Shown piece after piece: positions 13,916 through 27,550 of a DNA stretch of 64,000 bases (its first letter is position 1; every line of letters begins with the position of its first letter). Both the position numbers and the translations under genes were made by a program. The notes under the pieces were generated by a model. It did not search any database. It was not told the origin of the DNA and was given only the letters and a program-made list of their open reading frames with translations. This DNA comes from Hemiscyllium ocellatum (lineage: Eukaryota), in assembly GCF_020745735.1 (NCBI RefSeq), contig NC_083442.1, positions 8,620,576 to 8,684,575 of the forward strand. Reading direction: 5' to 3'.

Positions 13916-14764
13916 TGACGTAGCATCCCAGTAATAAAATGTTAAAATTTCCCTCCTTTATCAAATGCTGTTAATGTGCTTGTATTAGTCTTGCTGATAA
14001 GTTATTCTCAATACATGATAATGGTCGTGTTTAACTCTTTCACTATTTAACCAAAAGCAAATGCTGGGCATGTCCACTGAGCACTAGTGCACAAGATAGT
14101 GACATTTCCATTAAATGTTCCTGAGTCAGCAAAGCATTTACAGGGACTAGGGGCTTTCATTCTGAGGAAAAGAAAGGTCTTTTTGTTGCCTTTAGATTCA
14201 GGTCAGATTATTTTGACCTGAAGCTGAACTCTTTGGTGATCATTATGATTTTTCATGAAGTTTTCCTCAAAGTAACTTGTATATCTGATATCCAATTACC
14301 GCTTCTGATGTTCCACTGGGATCCTAGTCCAGCTGCTTATAAATAGTTCATTGTCAATCAGTTCAATTTGCTGCTCGTTTTACACTTATGACAATTAATT
14401 GAAGTTTAATAGAACTTCTATTATAAAACTTAATAGAAGTTTAATGCAACAAATACTAAAGTGGAGCTACATCTTAAGGAATTGATAAGGCATTGATTTA
14501 TGTGTGTAGTTCATGGGATTGTAAACTAAAATTCATTATTTTGTCAAATTTTGTTTCCTGATGTTCAATGGTTTTGCAAGGTATTCAGTGCTTTTAAGCA
14601 TTGTAGCTAATTCTCAGTAACTTGATCTATATTGAGATACCTGCAAGGAGCAGAGTTGATAGCCAAGGAAATGGAAAGGAATTTGAAGGATGCTAGACAA
14701 ACTTTTACTCCTTTTACCACTCTCTATAGCTGGTGAAGCTGTCTTGATATAGGAAGTGGTTAAA

Positions 14765-15421
14765 AATCATACCACACCAGATTATAGTCCAGCAGGTTTA
14801 TTTGAAAGCACTAGCTTTCGGAGCAAGGCTACTTCATCAGGTAGCTGTAGAGCGGGACCATAAAACAGAATTTATTGCAAAGATTCCAGTGCCGTGCAAC
14901 TGCAATGATATATTGAACAAACCTGGATTGCTGTTAAGTCTTTCATCTTTAAGAACGGGTAGCAGGATTTGTTTCATTAATATGTAAATCCCAGAAATTC
15001 TTTGAATTTACATTCTTGAGGTAACTTATAGTTTTATGTAAAAAGGTGACATCTCAGCTCAGACAATGTATTAAAGGGCTGAGTTTAGAGTCTCCCTGTA
15101 TCGAAATCTTGATTCAGACTGGCTCTATTTCCAAAGTGGAATTTATAAAATATTACATGGAGTGACTGCCTGCAGATTATTCACTTTTTAAGCAAAATAC
15201 AATGTAGCTGCAAATGTAACTCCTCAAATGGAAATTCACCTCAAAGACTTATGAGAGCGAGAGCATATGTGTACATGTGCGTATGTGCGTCTGAGTATGA
15301 GTGCACAAGAGAAAGTGTGTTGCATGTGTGCATGCTTCGTGAAGAGTGTGTGTGTGTGTGTGAGATGGTGTGTGTGGGAGGGGTGTGTGGGTGCGAGTGT
15401 GGGGGGTGAATGTGTATGATG

Positions 15422-15461
<40 letters not shown>

Positions 15462-15560
15462 TGGAGTCACCTGTAGTATGACATGAATCCAAGGTCCATG
15501 TTGAGGCTATCCTCATGGATACTGAGTTTGGCTATCAGAGTTTGCTCAGCCACTCTGCGT
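14765..15560 (-). mobile_element. Penelope-like family-2 3' region with (TG)n tracts
   Basis: Terminus ACACCAGATTATAGTCCAGCAGGTTTATTTGAAAGCACTAGCTTTCGGAGC; (TG)n at 15345-15460. Confidence 0.65.
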
Positions 15561-15562
15561 TA

Positions 15563-18180
15563 GAACATAGAACATAGAAAAGTACAGCACAGAACAGGCC
15601 CTTAGGCCCACGATTGTGTGCAGAGGCTTAATCCTAATGTAAAATATAATAACAACCTACACATCCCTCAACTCACTGCTATCCATGTGCATGTCCAGCA
15701 GGCGCTTAAATGTCCATAATGACTCTGCTTCCACCACCACCTCTGGTAACGCATTCCATGCATTCACAATTCTGTGTAAAGAAACTATCTCTGACGTCTC
15801 CTCTATACCTTTCTACTAATATCTCAAAACTATAACCCCTCGTACCAGTCAATCCTGCTCTGAGAAAAAGTCTCTGGCTATTGACTTTATCTATTCCTCT
15901 CATTATCATGTATACATCGATCAGGTCTCCTCTCTTCCTCCTTCTCTCCAGAGAGAGAAGTCCGAGCTTTGTCAATCTCTCTTCATAAGGCAAGCCCTCC
16001 AGTCCAGGCAGCATCCTGGTAAACCTTCTTTGCACCCTCTCCAAAGCCGCTGTATCTTTCCTGTTGTAGGGCGACCAGAACTGGACACAATATTCCAAGT
16101 GTGGTCTCACCAGAGACTTGTAGAGCTGCAGCAAAACCTCGCAGCTCTCAAACTCGATCCCACTGTTAATGAAAGCCAAAACACCATATGCTTTCTTAAC
16201 AACCCTATCCAATTGGGTGGCAACTTTGAGGGATTTATGTACTTGCACACCCAGATCCCTCTGTTCCACCACACTGCCGAGAATCCTATATTTAATCCTC
16301 TATTCAGCATTCGAGTTCGACCTTTCAAAATGCATCACTTTGCAATTATCCAGGTTGAACTCCATCTGCCATTTCTCAGCCCAGCTCTGCATCCTGTCTA
16401 TGTCGCGCTGCAGCCTGCAGTATCCCTCTATACTATCAACAGCACTACCAACCTTTGTGTCATCTGCAAATTTGCGAACCCACTCCTCAACCCCCTCATC
16501 CAAGTCATTTATAAAAACTACAAAGAGCAGAGACCCAAGTACAGATCCCTGTGGGACCCCACTCATCACTCACCTCCAGGCAGGAAATTTCCCATCTACA
16601 ACCACTGTCTGCCTTCTGTCAGCCAGCCAATTCTGAATCCAGATAGCGACATCTCCCTGTAACCCATACTTCCTGACTTTATGAATGTGCCTACCATGGG
16701 GAACCTTCTCAAAAGCCTTGCTGAATGCAACACACACTGCTCGACTTTCATCAACCTGTCTTGTCACATTCTCAAAGAATTCAATAAGGTTTGTGAGGCA
16801 TGACCTGCCCCTCACAAAGCCATGCTGACTGCCTTTAACCACACAATGCTTTGCCAAATTGTCATAAATCCTATCCCTCAGAATTCTTTCCAAACCTTTG
16901 CTGACCACAGATGTAAGACTCACTGGTCAGTACTTGCCAGGGATTTCCCTCTTCCCCTTCTTGAAAAGAGGAACAACATTTGCCTCCTTCCAATCCTGCG
17001 GTACGACTCCCGTGGAGAGTGAGGAGGCAAAGCTCCTCGCCAGTGGCTTAGCAACCTCCTTCCTCGCCTCCCGGAGCAGCCTGGGATAAATCTGGACTGA
17101 CCCTAGGGACTTATCAATCTTAATGTTTTCCCAAATTTCTATCACATCAACTTCATCAATCTTGATCTGTTCAAGCCTGTATCCCAGCTCCTCAAAGTTC
17201 TCATTCATAACAAGGTCCCTTTCCTTATTGAAACCAAAGCAAAAAACTCATTTAGGGTTTCCCCTATCTCATCAGATTCCACGCACAAGTTCCCTCCGCT
17301 ATCCCTGATTGGCCCTACCTTCTCCCTGATCATTCTCTTATTCCTCACGTATGAGTAAAATGCCTTTGGGTTCTCCCTAATCCTTCTTGCCCAGCCTTTT
17401 TGTGACTCCTCCTGGCTCTCCTCAGTCTATTTCTGAAGTCCTTTCTAGCAAGCCTGTAATCCTCTAAAGCTCTGCTAGATCCTTCCTTCCTCCACCTTAC
17501 ATAAGCTGCTTTTTTTCCTTTTGACAAGAAGTCCCTCTGTTCTCATCATCCAAAGTTCATTTATCTTGCCCCTTCTTACACGTCTCAGAAGAACAAATTT
17601 GCGCATCACTCACAACCACTGCTCCTTAAATAGTCCCCACATGTCTGCTGTGCCCTTCCTGTGGAACAATTGCTCCCTGTCTGTACTTCCCAACTCCTGT
17701 GTGATAGCATCATAATTTCCTTTTCCCCAATTAAATATCTTCCCTCAGTAAATGTTCCTTTCCCTCTCCAAGACTATGGTAAATATGGGGCAGTTGTGAT
17801 CACTGTCACCAAAGTGCTCTCCCACCTTGAGATCTGACACCTGTCCTGGCTCATTGCCAAGCACTAAATCCAAAATTGCCTCTCCCCTCTTCAGCCTGTC
17901 CACATACTGAGTAAGGAAACCCTCCTGAACACATCGGACAAACTCACCTCGATCCAAACCATCTGCACAAAGGAGGTTCCATTCGATATTGGGAAAGTTG
18001 AAATCACCCATAACAACAACCCTGCTACTTTTGCATTATTCCAGAATCTGACCACCTATGAGATCTTCAATCTCTCTACTGCTATTAAGTGGTCTGTAGA
18101 AAACCTCCAATGCTGTGGTTTTTCCCTTATTGTTCCTAACTTCCACCCATACTGACTTAGTAGAGAAACCTTCGTTTCTA
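15563..18180 (-). mobile_element. CR1 LINE, ORF2 (APE endonuclease plus RT) with stops and frameshifts
   Basis: MGDFNFPNIEW...ILDLVLGNEPGQV; ANVVPLFKKG; FADDTKVG; RPHLEYCVQFWSP; (AGAACAT)n tail at the left end. Confidence 0.9.
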
Positions 18181-18559
18181 TAGCTGTGATGCACTCTGAT
18201 TAGCAATACTAAACCCCATGGACTATAACAAGTGTTCCCCGACTGGGAGGGAACAGCCCTGTCTGATGGTTGTTTGCTGTGTCCATTCATCCATTGTCCT
18301 AGCGTCCAAATATCCTCCAAGGCAGACTTTGTGATACGCAACAACTTTTCAAGTTGTTTGAAACAGTTGTAACGCAGATATTCCAAGAGAGATGCAGCTG
18401 GTCAAACCATTAAGTTTTAAACAAAACAGAATTTATTTACTCGATTACTGAAAAAAAGACAAACAAAAGAGAACAGAATGCAGAATATTTTAACCTATCT
18501 GAAAACCCGACAGATTATCCCAACTTAATGCTGCTTTTCCACACACGTTAAAATCCTCA

Positions 18560-19990
18560 AAAACTCCCCTTGGCACAGAAGTTCGAACAAGACTTCTTTT
18601 CTGCACAGGACCTCCAAACAACTCCAACCACCAGATATACTGGTGGCATTTTCTTCCTCTGGACCTATGATGAGGAGTCACTGCAGCAACTACACAGTAA
18701 TATCAACGAGTTTCATCCCACCATCAGACTTACGATGGACTGCTCTTTAGTATCTGTCTCATGCTTGGACGCACACATATACATGCACATGCGCACACAC
18801 ACACACACACACTCTCATAAACACATACCCTATCACATCCACACTCACTGAACCCAGCTTATACACATATATACACACTCTATCATGTGTATTCTCACCC
18901 ACATGCACATACTCACATGCACACTTACACCCCTACATGCTCGCCCACACAAGTTTGTGGGGTAAAATCAAACCCAGTGTCCTTCAGATTTCCCTATGCG
19001 CTCTCATCCCACGTACTTCATGCATAGGTGGTTTCTCCTGCCTTCCAAAGATACACAAAGGCAGCACACCAGAATGTCACAGAGTATCAGGCAATGGGAC
19101 TCTGTGTGAGAACCACTCTGGCTTTGTCAAAGGCATCTTGAACCCCATCATACAGGGGACACCTAACTTCTGTCATGACACTACAGATTTCTTATGGAAA
19201 TTCAGCACCCACAGACCAGTCAAAACAGGAATATTGCTCGTCATAACGGATAATTCCTCACTCGACACCAGCGTCCCCCACGATGACAGCATCAGAGCAA
19301 CAGTCTCAGTACTCAACACCAACAACTGCAAATCTCCAAGTACCCATCATTCAGACACACGGAACAGCCTTTGGGACCAATTTTCGGTCGAAGTGTGGTG
19401 CTGCAAAAGCACAGCAGATCAGGCAGCAACCTAATGAAGGCCTTATGCCCAAACATCAACTCTCCTGCTCCTTAGCTGCTGCCTGACCTGCTTTGCTTTT
19501 CCAACAACATACTCTCAAATCTGATCTCCAGTATCTGCAGTCCTCACTTGCTCTCGGACCAAATTTGCACCCCAATATGCCAGCATTTTCATGCACAACT
19601 TCGAATAAGATTTCTTTTCTGCACACGATTGCCAAACAACACCAAACACCAGATATATTGATGACATTTTCTTCCTCTGGACCCGTGATGAGAAGTCACT
19701 GAAACAACTACACAGTGATATCAATGAGTTTCATCCCACCATCAGACTTACAATGGACTGCTCTTTAGTATCTGTCTCATTCTTGGACACACACATACAT
19801 ATGCGCACGCACGCACACACACACCCTCTCACAAATACATGTCCCATCACATTCACACACACCTGACCTAGCTTACACTCACATATATACACACACTTTA
19901 TCATGTGTACTCACACCCAGATGCACATGCTCACATGCGCACTCTCTCTGTCACCCCTACACACACACACATATAAATTTGTGGGGTGAA
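18560..19990 (+). mobile_element. Penelope-like RT fragments with a local direct duplication and (CA)n tracts
   Basis: YIDDIFFLWT...INEFHPTIRLTMD...FLD-like sequence occurs twice (about 18595 and 19615); PKIHK-like motif at about 19040. Confidence 0.7.
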
Positions 19991-20164
19991 TTTGTTTTTG
20001 TGGAATTGCATTTTATGTTGCTCCAAAGCTGCATGAATCTGTGTGAAACTCTGTACATGGATAGTTCACAGAGGTTCACATGGATGCAGAGATCTTGTCA
20101 GTCTGACTAAACATTGGGACACAGACAGACTTCACACTTATTGTTAGAAAAGCTGAACTACCTT

Positions 20165-20770
20165 GAGAATGATTTGGAGATGCTGGTGTTGGACTGGGGT
20201 GTACAAATTTAAAAACCACACAAAACACCAGGTTATAGTCCAACAGGTTTATTTGGAAGTTCTAGCTTTCGGAGCACTGCTCCTTCATCAGCTGGTTGTG
20301 GAAATAAGATTGTAGGACATAGAATTTATAGCAAAAGTTGGTTTCAATTCTTTCATATGTAAATCGCAAAACTTTTTTAGAAGTTACATTAAGTTGAAAC
20401 CAACCTCCATGCTGATCTCTTTCAGACTTCTCCTTTGTAAGGTTAAAAGTCACGTGACACCAGGTTATAGGCCAGCAGGTTTATTTTGAAGCTCTAGATT
20501 TCGGAGCACTGCTTTCAAATGTAAATCGCAAAACTTTTTTAAAACGTTACATTCTCAGCTGAAACCAACATGGTCATTCTAAAGGATGAGGGACTTAACA
20601 AAAAACCCAGTATATAATTTCAGTTCTATCACGTTGTAAGCTTTTGCTGTAACTTCTGTGTCTTACAATCTTATTCCCCACAACCATCTGATGAAGGAGC
20701 AGCCCTCTGAAAGCTCATGCTTTCAAATAAACCTGTTGCACTATAAGTTGGTGTCATGTGATTTTTGACT
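20165..20770. mobile_element. Penelope family-2 termini in inverted plus tandem arrangement
   Basis: 20225-20340 is inverted at 20640-20765; internal direct repeat TGTAAATCGCAAAACTTTTTT...GAAACCAAC. Confidence 0.7.
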
Positions 20771-22834
20771 TTACAAAGGAGAAGTCACAGACAGGTCAGC
20801 ATGGTGCTGCTTCTTTCAGTCCAGCAGCTTTGACCACTGCTAAAAACCAAACCAAACCAGAGAGAGCTGAGCTGAGAGAACTGATCAATCTCCTTTCATT
20901 GTACAAACGTTTTGTTTTCAAAACCTTGAAAACCTGTTGCCTGAGGCAGTATGTTAGCTATAATCAAACTGGCCCTGAAACCCTTCAACTCAGACTTTTC
21001 AGAGTCTGTGCCTTTTATGATCTCTCTGAAAACAAAACCAAAGACGACAACACCTTATTAACAGGGCAGCTTCATTGCACTCCTCAAAACCAAATTTCTA
21101 ACCAAGCTTTTGGTGACCTCTCCTAGTAACAGCTTCATGAGACTTGGAATCAATGTTTCAATGATGATGTAACTGGAGGTATTGTGGAATGTTTCTGCCA
21201 TGTCAAAGACCTGTACAATGAAAGTTGTTCCTGCATTATATTGACTTTTTAAAACTTGTAGTCTCCGTAGGCATCAGGAGATGAGCTTCCTGTATGTCTC
21301 GCTGTCAAAACCGCCAGCATCCGAATACATAACTCTGAAGTTGTAGAACAACTTTTAGAAAATTTAATCACCATTCTCATGAACAAGGATTTTTTTTCGA
21401 CACCAACACATTGCTTGCAACATACAAAACATATGCTGGGCAAGTCAGCATAAATAGGAGCATCTCCTTTGTTTAATGGTGATGACAGAGAACGTTCTTC
21501 AGTCAAGTAATTTTTGTTAGCAATCAATCTGCCAATGAATGACTGAAGCTAGCTGTCTGGAATCATCTCTAAGGTAATCAGTCATGAACTGAAAACCCCC
21601 ATCCACAGTCAGAAAGGTACAGTAATGCTTTTGTCATTGGACACATTAACTCAGCTGCTTGACTGCCCCCTCTGTACATAAAGCTCTGTAGATCTGAGCT
21701 TTATTTTACATCTAATTTCATGGGAAATGCTCCCATTTTTCTCTTTTTTTTAAAAAAAGTATTCTGGACGGTCTTATCCTAGACACTGATGCAATGATAA
21801 TGTCCTGACCTCCTGCCTAAAAGGTCCAATTTCAAATTCTATCCGCTGCAGTGATGTGTCATAATACGTCTGAATAACAACATTAAAAGTAATTAGACTT
21901 GAAGTTGTCCATAAAGACAGATTTTGCAAGGTCTGTGGTGTCGTGGTAGTGTCCCTACCTTGGGGCCAGAGGTTCAAGTCCCACCTGCTGCAGGGTTTTC
22001 TCATAACACATCTGAAGATCTTAACATTTGTATAAAGTTATACAGTCTAAACACTTCTTACAACCCTTATCAGTGAAATCATGTGAAATTCGTTTCTGGT
22101 GCCTTGAAAAATTCAACCGTCTGTTGCTAAATGTGGATTTGCATGATCAATGGATCCAAAGGACTCACAAGGTATTGTGCCCTCTTATTGCTGTCAGGAT
22201 TGTCCCAGCGATCTTTGCATTGACTAATGTTCTGAAGAAGAATTCACTAGCAGCACAACTGTTCTAATATTCAAAATGGAAAGAAATTGTGGATACCTCA
22301 GTCTGTGACTTGCAGTCTAATTCTCCAGAATTTACTTTCGATTCAATTTTCCAGAAGGTGAATTTGTAACTGTTTTGGGCCTCCCCGTTTCCTGCAGGAA
22401 TTATCTGTTATAGACCATTCCTACAGACGCACGAATGCCACAATTTAGGTCCTGTAACTCCTCTTGATAACATCCTGATACACACTTGTTTCTTTACAGC
22501 ATGACAAAGCATCCTTCACTTTTCTCCTCTTTTGTGTCCCTGTCCCCTCTCAATAGCCCGGATCCCAAATGAAGCCACAAATCCTGATGAAATACCCGAC
22601 TATTGATTTGGGACAGAAGTGAATGTAACATACCCACAAAGCATAATGCAGAAAAAGGTGGCAACACATTTTTGCTTAATTTTTCACAATAAGGAAGTAA
22701 TCTCAACCCTGTACAATACAAAGTTTAAAACATGCAGTGAGTAGGTTAGGACAGTGATGGGGCATCAGTATTAAAGATAAACAGTGGGAGTGACTTTGAG
22801 CTTTGTGCGTACTTTGGAGCTACTCTACAACAAT

Positions 22835-23050
22835 GTTTGGAATCAAGATTAGAGTGGTGCTGGAAAAGCACAGCAGATCAGGCAGCATCTGAGGAACAGG
22901 AAAATCGACGTTTCGGGCAAAAGCCCTTCATCAGGACCCGAAACATTGCTTTTCCTGCTCCTCGGATGTTGCCTAACCTGCTGTGCTTTTCCAGCACCAC
23001 TCTAATCTTGACTCTAATCTCCAGCGCCTGCAGTTCTCACTTTCACCTAA
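22835..23050. mobile_element. Penelope-derived hairpin element
   Basis: Near-perfect inverted repeat GAATCAAGATTAGAGTGGTGCTGGAAAAGCACAGCAG ... CTGCTGTGCTTTTCCAGCACCACTCTAATCTTGACTC. Confidence 0.8.
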
Positions 23051-24419
23051 TGATTGGAATGTGATGGATGGAATTATGTTATTTTAATTGAAGAAAGTCT
23101 ATAAATTGTCTGAAAGTCTACAGTGAACAGGGCAATCAAAGTTTTGAAGCTGAGTGCAGAGTGAGAAGTCTTTTTTTGGAAAACTGAAATGTTGGTCAAA
23201 TGAATGTCTGTTTATGACTGAAATATGCAGGGTGGCCACAGTTCTGGAATAATGTGTTAAATGTATTTTAAATGCCATCAGTGCTGGTTTCTTTTGTTAT
23301 CTGAGTTTTTAGGCATCAGTTTTCTGAATGTTAGGGAAGTGTTTAACAGTTACTGCAATTCAGAAATGGTTTATTGAGGTTACTGAACAAACCTTTGCTA
23401 CCCTTCAATTGATGTATCTCTGGCATTAGCTACAACTGCGGAGAAGGAGTTCCTAAATGTGTAATGGTTATAAAATTGGTGAAGATCAACAAAGAACCAG
23501 AGGCAATTTGATTTTTCTCCAAAGTAGTAAGCTAATAATCTGGATTGTATGACCCCAAAGGATTGCAGAAACCAATTCAATTGTAACTTTCAAAAGGAAA
23601 CTTGGGTTTCTTTTTGTCCATGGTGAAAATATTCTGTTTTCTTGCCCACATAAATAAATGCTTCAATCAAATAATTCCAGCAATAAGCTTTTGAGTTTTA
23701 AAAAAAAGACCCATACTTGCTTTGGACCTTTAAACATGACAGCTTATTCATATATCTCAGATTATCTCTCAATGGTTAGATAATGGATTAAAAAATCGTG
23801 CAGGTTATACTTCCTCACTCACTTTTGTGTTCAGCTTGTAGTCATCTTAGATGGTGGTGCTCTTGTAAAGGTGAAGTGAAAATCTTCTAAAACCAAGGAA
23901 TCTCAGCAAACGGAGATTTGTTCAAATTTCAGGAGGGTATTTCTCACTAAACTCGAAGGGTGCTCAGGTTAAGACAGTCATTTCTTGTATTTACTGTGTC
24001 TTCCTTTCACAATGTAGCTGTTTATTGCTTTGGATTCATGGACCCCTGACTGGATTATTGGCTTTTGATGGGATTCTCCATCTGCAAGTAGCATCTTGGC
24101 ATTTTTACAAAGTCAACAACTTAATGGTTTCCTTGTCATGTGACATTCAAAAGTTCAAATGCCCTTTCTCACCAGAGGGGTGCTGTGTTTAACATTGAGT
24201 CAGCCATTGTAGTTTCACTGAAAGGTTATCGTGGTACACTAGAAGGTTATAGTATCCATTTGCCTTACTGACATCTTACATTTCAAGATTTTCTTTAATC
24301 ATGGTGAGAGAGAGGCTGACGAGAATGCTTTTGTTATTTTGGTATTCTCTGATTAGATCCAGGGAATTCATCCTGTTTTACACGAATGTTCACATTTACT
24401 TTGCAGTTTATTTGGAACT

Positions 24420-25320
24420 GAGAATTAACTGGTGTTCAGAATGGTTAGGAACCTATAACTTGAGCAGCCATTTTTAAAAAAAAAATCTGTTTCTGCTCAA
24501 ATTTTCCAAGTAAGTCCATGACTTACAAATGAATGAATATACAACTGACAGATTTGCTGATGAGACAAAGAAGGGTTAGAAAATAACCTAAGGGGACATT
24601 GGGGTGCTATAGAGAAATTTGGGTTAAGTGAGTAATCAAAGACCTGAGAAATAGAGCTTTCCGTGGATAAATGTGAAGTTGTCCATTTTGACTGGAAGAA
24701 AAGCAATTTTTGTTTTAAATGGAGGGAGATTCCATAGCTCTGAGATGAAGTGGGATCAAAGTGTAACATTACCTGAATGACAAAATTCTAGCTTACAGAT
24801 ACAGTACGTAATAAGGAAAGTGAATAATGTTTTCCTTTTATCGTGGGGGAATTTAAACACAAAAGAAGAGAGCCTGTATCTTGAATGATCTAATTCCTCT
24901 TGGTTATCCTGCTTAAGGGAGGAAGTAAATTCATGGGAGGCAGTTCAGAGAAGGTTTACCAGAATAATACCTACTGAGTGACTTGTCATAAAAAATGAAA
25001 TTTGGATAGGCTGGGATTGTGTCAGTCTGTGTTTAGGGAAGGAAGAGGCAACTTGATTGAAACAAGATGTTTCCTCCTGCAGAAGGGATGAGAATGAAGG
25101 GCTACTATCTAAACGTCAGTGGTTGTCCATTTAAAACAGGAGGTGATTTGTTTTCTCTCAAAATGTGCAATTCCTGAAACATTATTAAAGCAGAGCTGTG
25201 GAATATTTTAAAGGCAAAGATGAATAGTTTCTTGTTGAGAGAAGGGTGGTGAAAGGTTTTCAGGGTAGGCAGAAATGTGGATTTAAAGTTACAATTAGAT
25301 GAGATTTACTCATGTTGAAT
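24420..25320 (+). mobile_element. Highly decayed CR1/L2-type LINE 3' region
   Basis: Residual similarity to the RT C-terminus (KCEVVHFD-like, CAGAGAAGGTTTACCAG) and to a LINE tail. Confidence 0.55.
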
Positions 25321-26074
25321 ATCTAACTCCTTTTGTTTGCATGGGATGTGGCAGGTTGATTAAAATGCCAAATTGGAGTTTCAATGTAAAGTTTCAACAA
25401 ATAGGTTTCTAATGCTAAAATCTGCAATCTTCAGAGGTTTTTCAATGGATGAATTTTCAAGTGTTTGTATAAAACCACTTAATTTGTGCTGGAATACCAA
25501 TTGCAGGTATGGAAACTGTGACACTTCCAAGGCAGGAGAGATTCCAGGAATGATTGTAGTGATCACAAAGTGAGTTTTAGTCCAACGTGTGACTTAATTA
25601 AGTTTCATTCAGAACACAACAATGTGAAAGAAAATTAGTGCCACTTCCTGGAAGTTCTATAGAGGGGCTTCTGTCTGAGTACCTGCCAGAGCAATGCAAC
25701 AAACACCAGCCTACAGCAGTTACATTAACAAAGGTACTTTAATATGTCTATAATGTTTGCACTTTTCTGAGAGATTAGAGATTTTGTTTGCTTAAAAAAT
25801 AGTTGCAACAATACAAAACCTTCAAAAGTGGTCAGTGGAAATTGCTTGCCTATTCAATATTCAGACTCAATTTGTAGTCGAATATTTAGATAGCTGAATT
25901 CTGAAGCCAAGATAAATATATTGAATGATCAGGGTTCCCATCTCCTCCGCTCTCTTCATTCTCCCTGTGGTGTCTTTCAAATCCCCTGTGAAAGTTTTTT
26001 AAAAAAACCTACTGTTTTCCATTTTCCCATATCTCTAGAAGTTGATCTACTTCATAAATACAATTGATCAAAGA

Positions 26075-27550
26075 ATGTGTATATGGATTTTAGTAAGGCG
26101 TTCGATAAGGTTCCCCATGGTAGGCTAATGCTAAAACTACGGAGGTATGGCATTGAGGATACATTAGAGGTTTGGATTAGGAATTGGCTGGCTGGAAGGA
26201 GACAGAGGGTAGTAGTTGATGGATTATGTTCATCTTGGAGCGCAGTTACTAGTGGTGTACCACAAGGATCTGTTTTGGGACCATTGCTTTTTGTTATCTT
26301 CATAAATGATTTTTTAGATTAGATTAGATTTACAGTGTGGAAACAGGCCCTTCGGCCCAACAAGTCCACACCGACCCGCCGAAGCGAAACCCACCCATAC
26401 CCCTACATTTACCCCTTACCTAACACTATGGGCAATTTAGCATGGCCAATTCACCTGACCCGCACATCTTTGTGACTGTGGGAGGAAACCGGAGCACCCG
26501 GAGGAAACCCACGCTGACACGGGGAGCAAACTCCACACAGTCAGTCGCCTGAATCGGGAATTGAACCCGGGTCTCAGGCGCTGTGAGGCAGCAGTGCTAA
26601 CCACTGTGCCACCGTGCCGCCTTTGATCTAGAGGAAGGACTTGAAAGCTGGGTAAGCAAGTTTGCGGATGACACAAAAGTCGGTGGAGTTGTGGATAGTG
26701 AGGAAGGAAGTGGTAGGTTACAGCGGGATATAGATAAGTTGCAGAGCTGGGCGGAAATGTGGCAAATGGAATTCAATGTAGCTAAGTGCGAAGTCGTTCA
26801 CTTTGGTAGGAATAACAAGATGATGGATTACTGGGCTAATGGTAGGCTACTTGGTAGTGTGGATGAGCAGAGGGATCTTGGTGTCCATGTACACAGATCT
26901 CTGAAAGTTGCCACCCAGGTAAATAGTGCTGTGAGGAAGGCATATGGTGTACTGGGCTTTATTGGCAGAGGAATTGAGTTCCGGAGTCCTGAGGTCATGT
27001 TGCAGTTGTATAAGACTCTGGTGAGGCCTCATCTGGAGTATTGTGTGCAGTTTTGGTCGCCATACTATAGGAAGGATGTGGAAGCTTTAGAACGAGTGCA
27101 GAGGAGGTTTACCAGGATGTTGCCTGGAATGGTAGGAAAATCTTATGAGGAAAGGCTGAGGCACTTGGGGCTGTTCTCATTGGAGAAGAGAAGGTTTAGG
27201 GGAGATCTGATAGAAGTGTATAAGATGATTAGGGGTTTAGATAGGGTAGATACTAAGAACCTTTTACCGCTAATGGAGTCAGGTGTTACTAGGGGACATA
27301 GCTTTAAATTAAGGGGTGGTAGGTATAGGACAGATGTTAGGGGTAGATTCTTCACACAGCGGGTTGTGAGTTCATGGAATGCCCTGCCCGTATCAGTGGT
27401 GAACTCTCCTTCTTTATGGTCATTTAAGCGGGCATTGGATAGGCATTTGGAAGTTATTGGGCTAGTATAGGTTAGGTAGGATTCGGTCGGCGCAACATCG
27501 AGGGCCGAAGGGCCTGTACTGCGCTGTATCCTTCTATGTTCTATGTTCTA
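26075..27550 (+). mobile_element. Young 5'-truncated CR1 LINE interrupted by a SINE
   Basis: ORFs 26077-26322 and 26691-27470 are consecutive RT segments, nearly identical to 58190-58640; (TCTATGT)n tail. Confidence 0.92.
26316..26622 (-). mobile_element. V-SINE inserted in CR1 RT
   Basis: Full reverse-complement SINE between the VIFIND and LEEGL codons. Confidence 0.88.

Noticed and set aside
15241-15516. His/Thr-repeat ORFs
   Set aside because: Translation of the (CA)n/(TG)n microsatellite.
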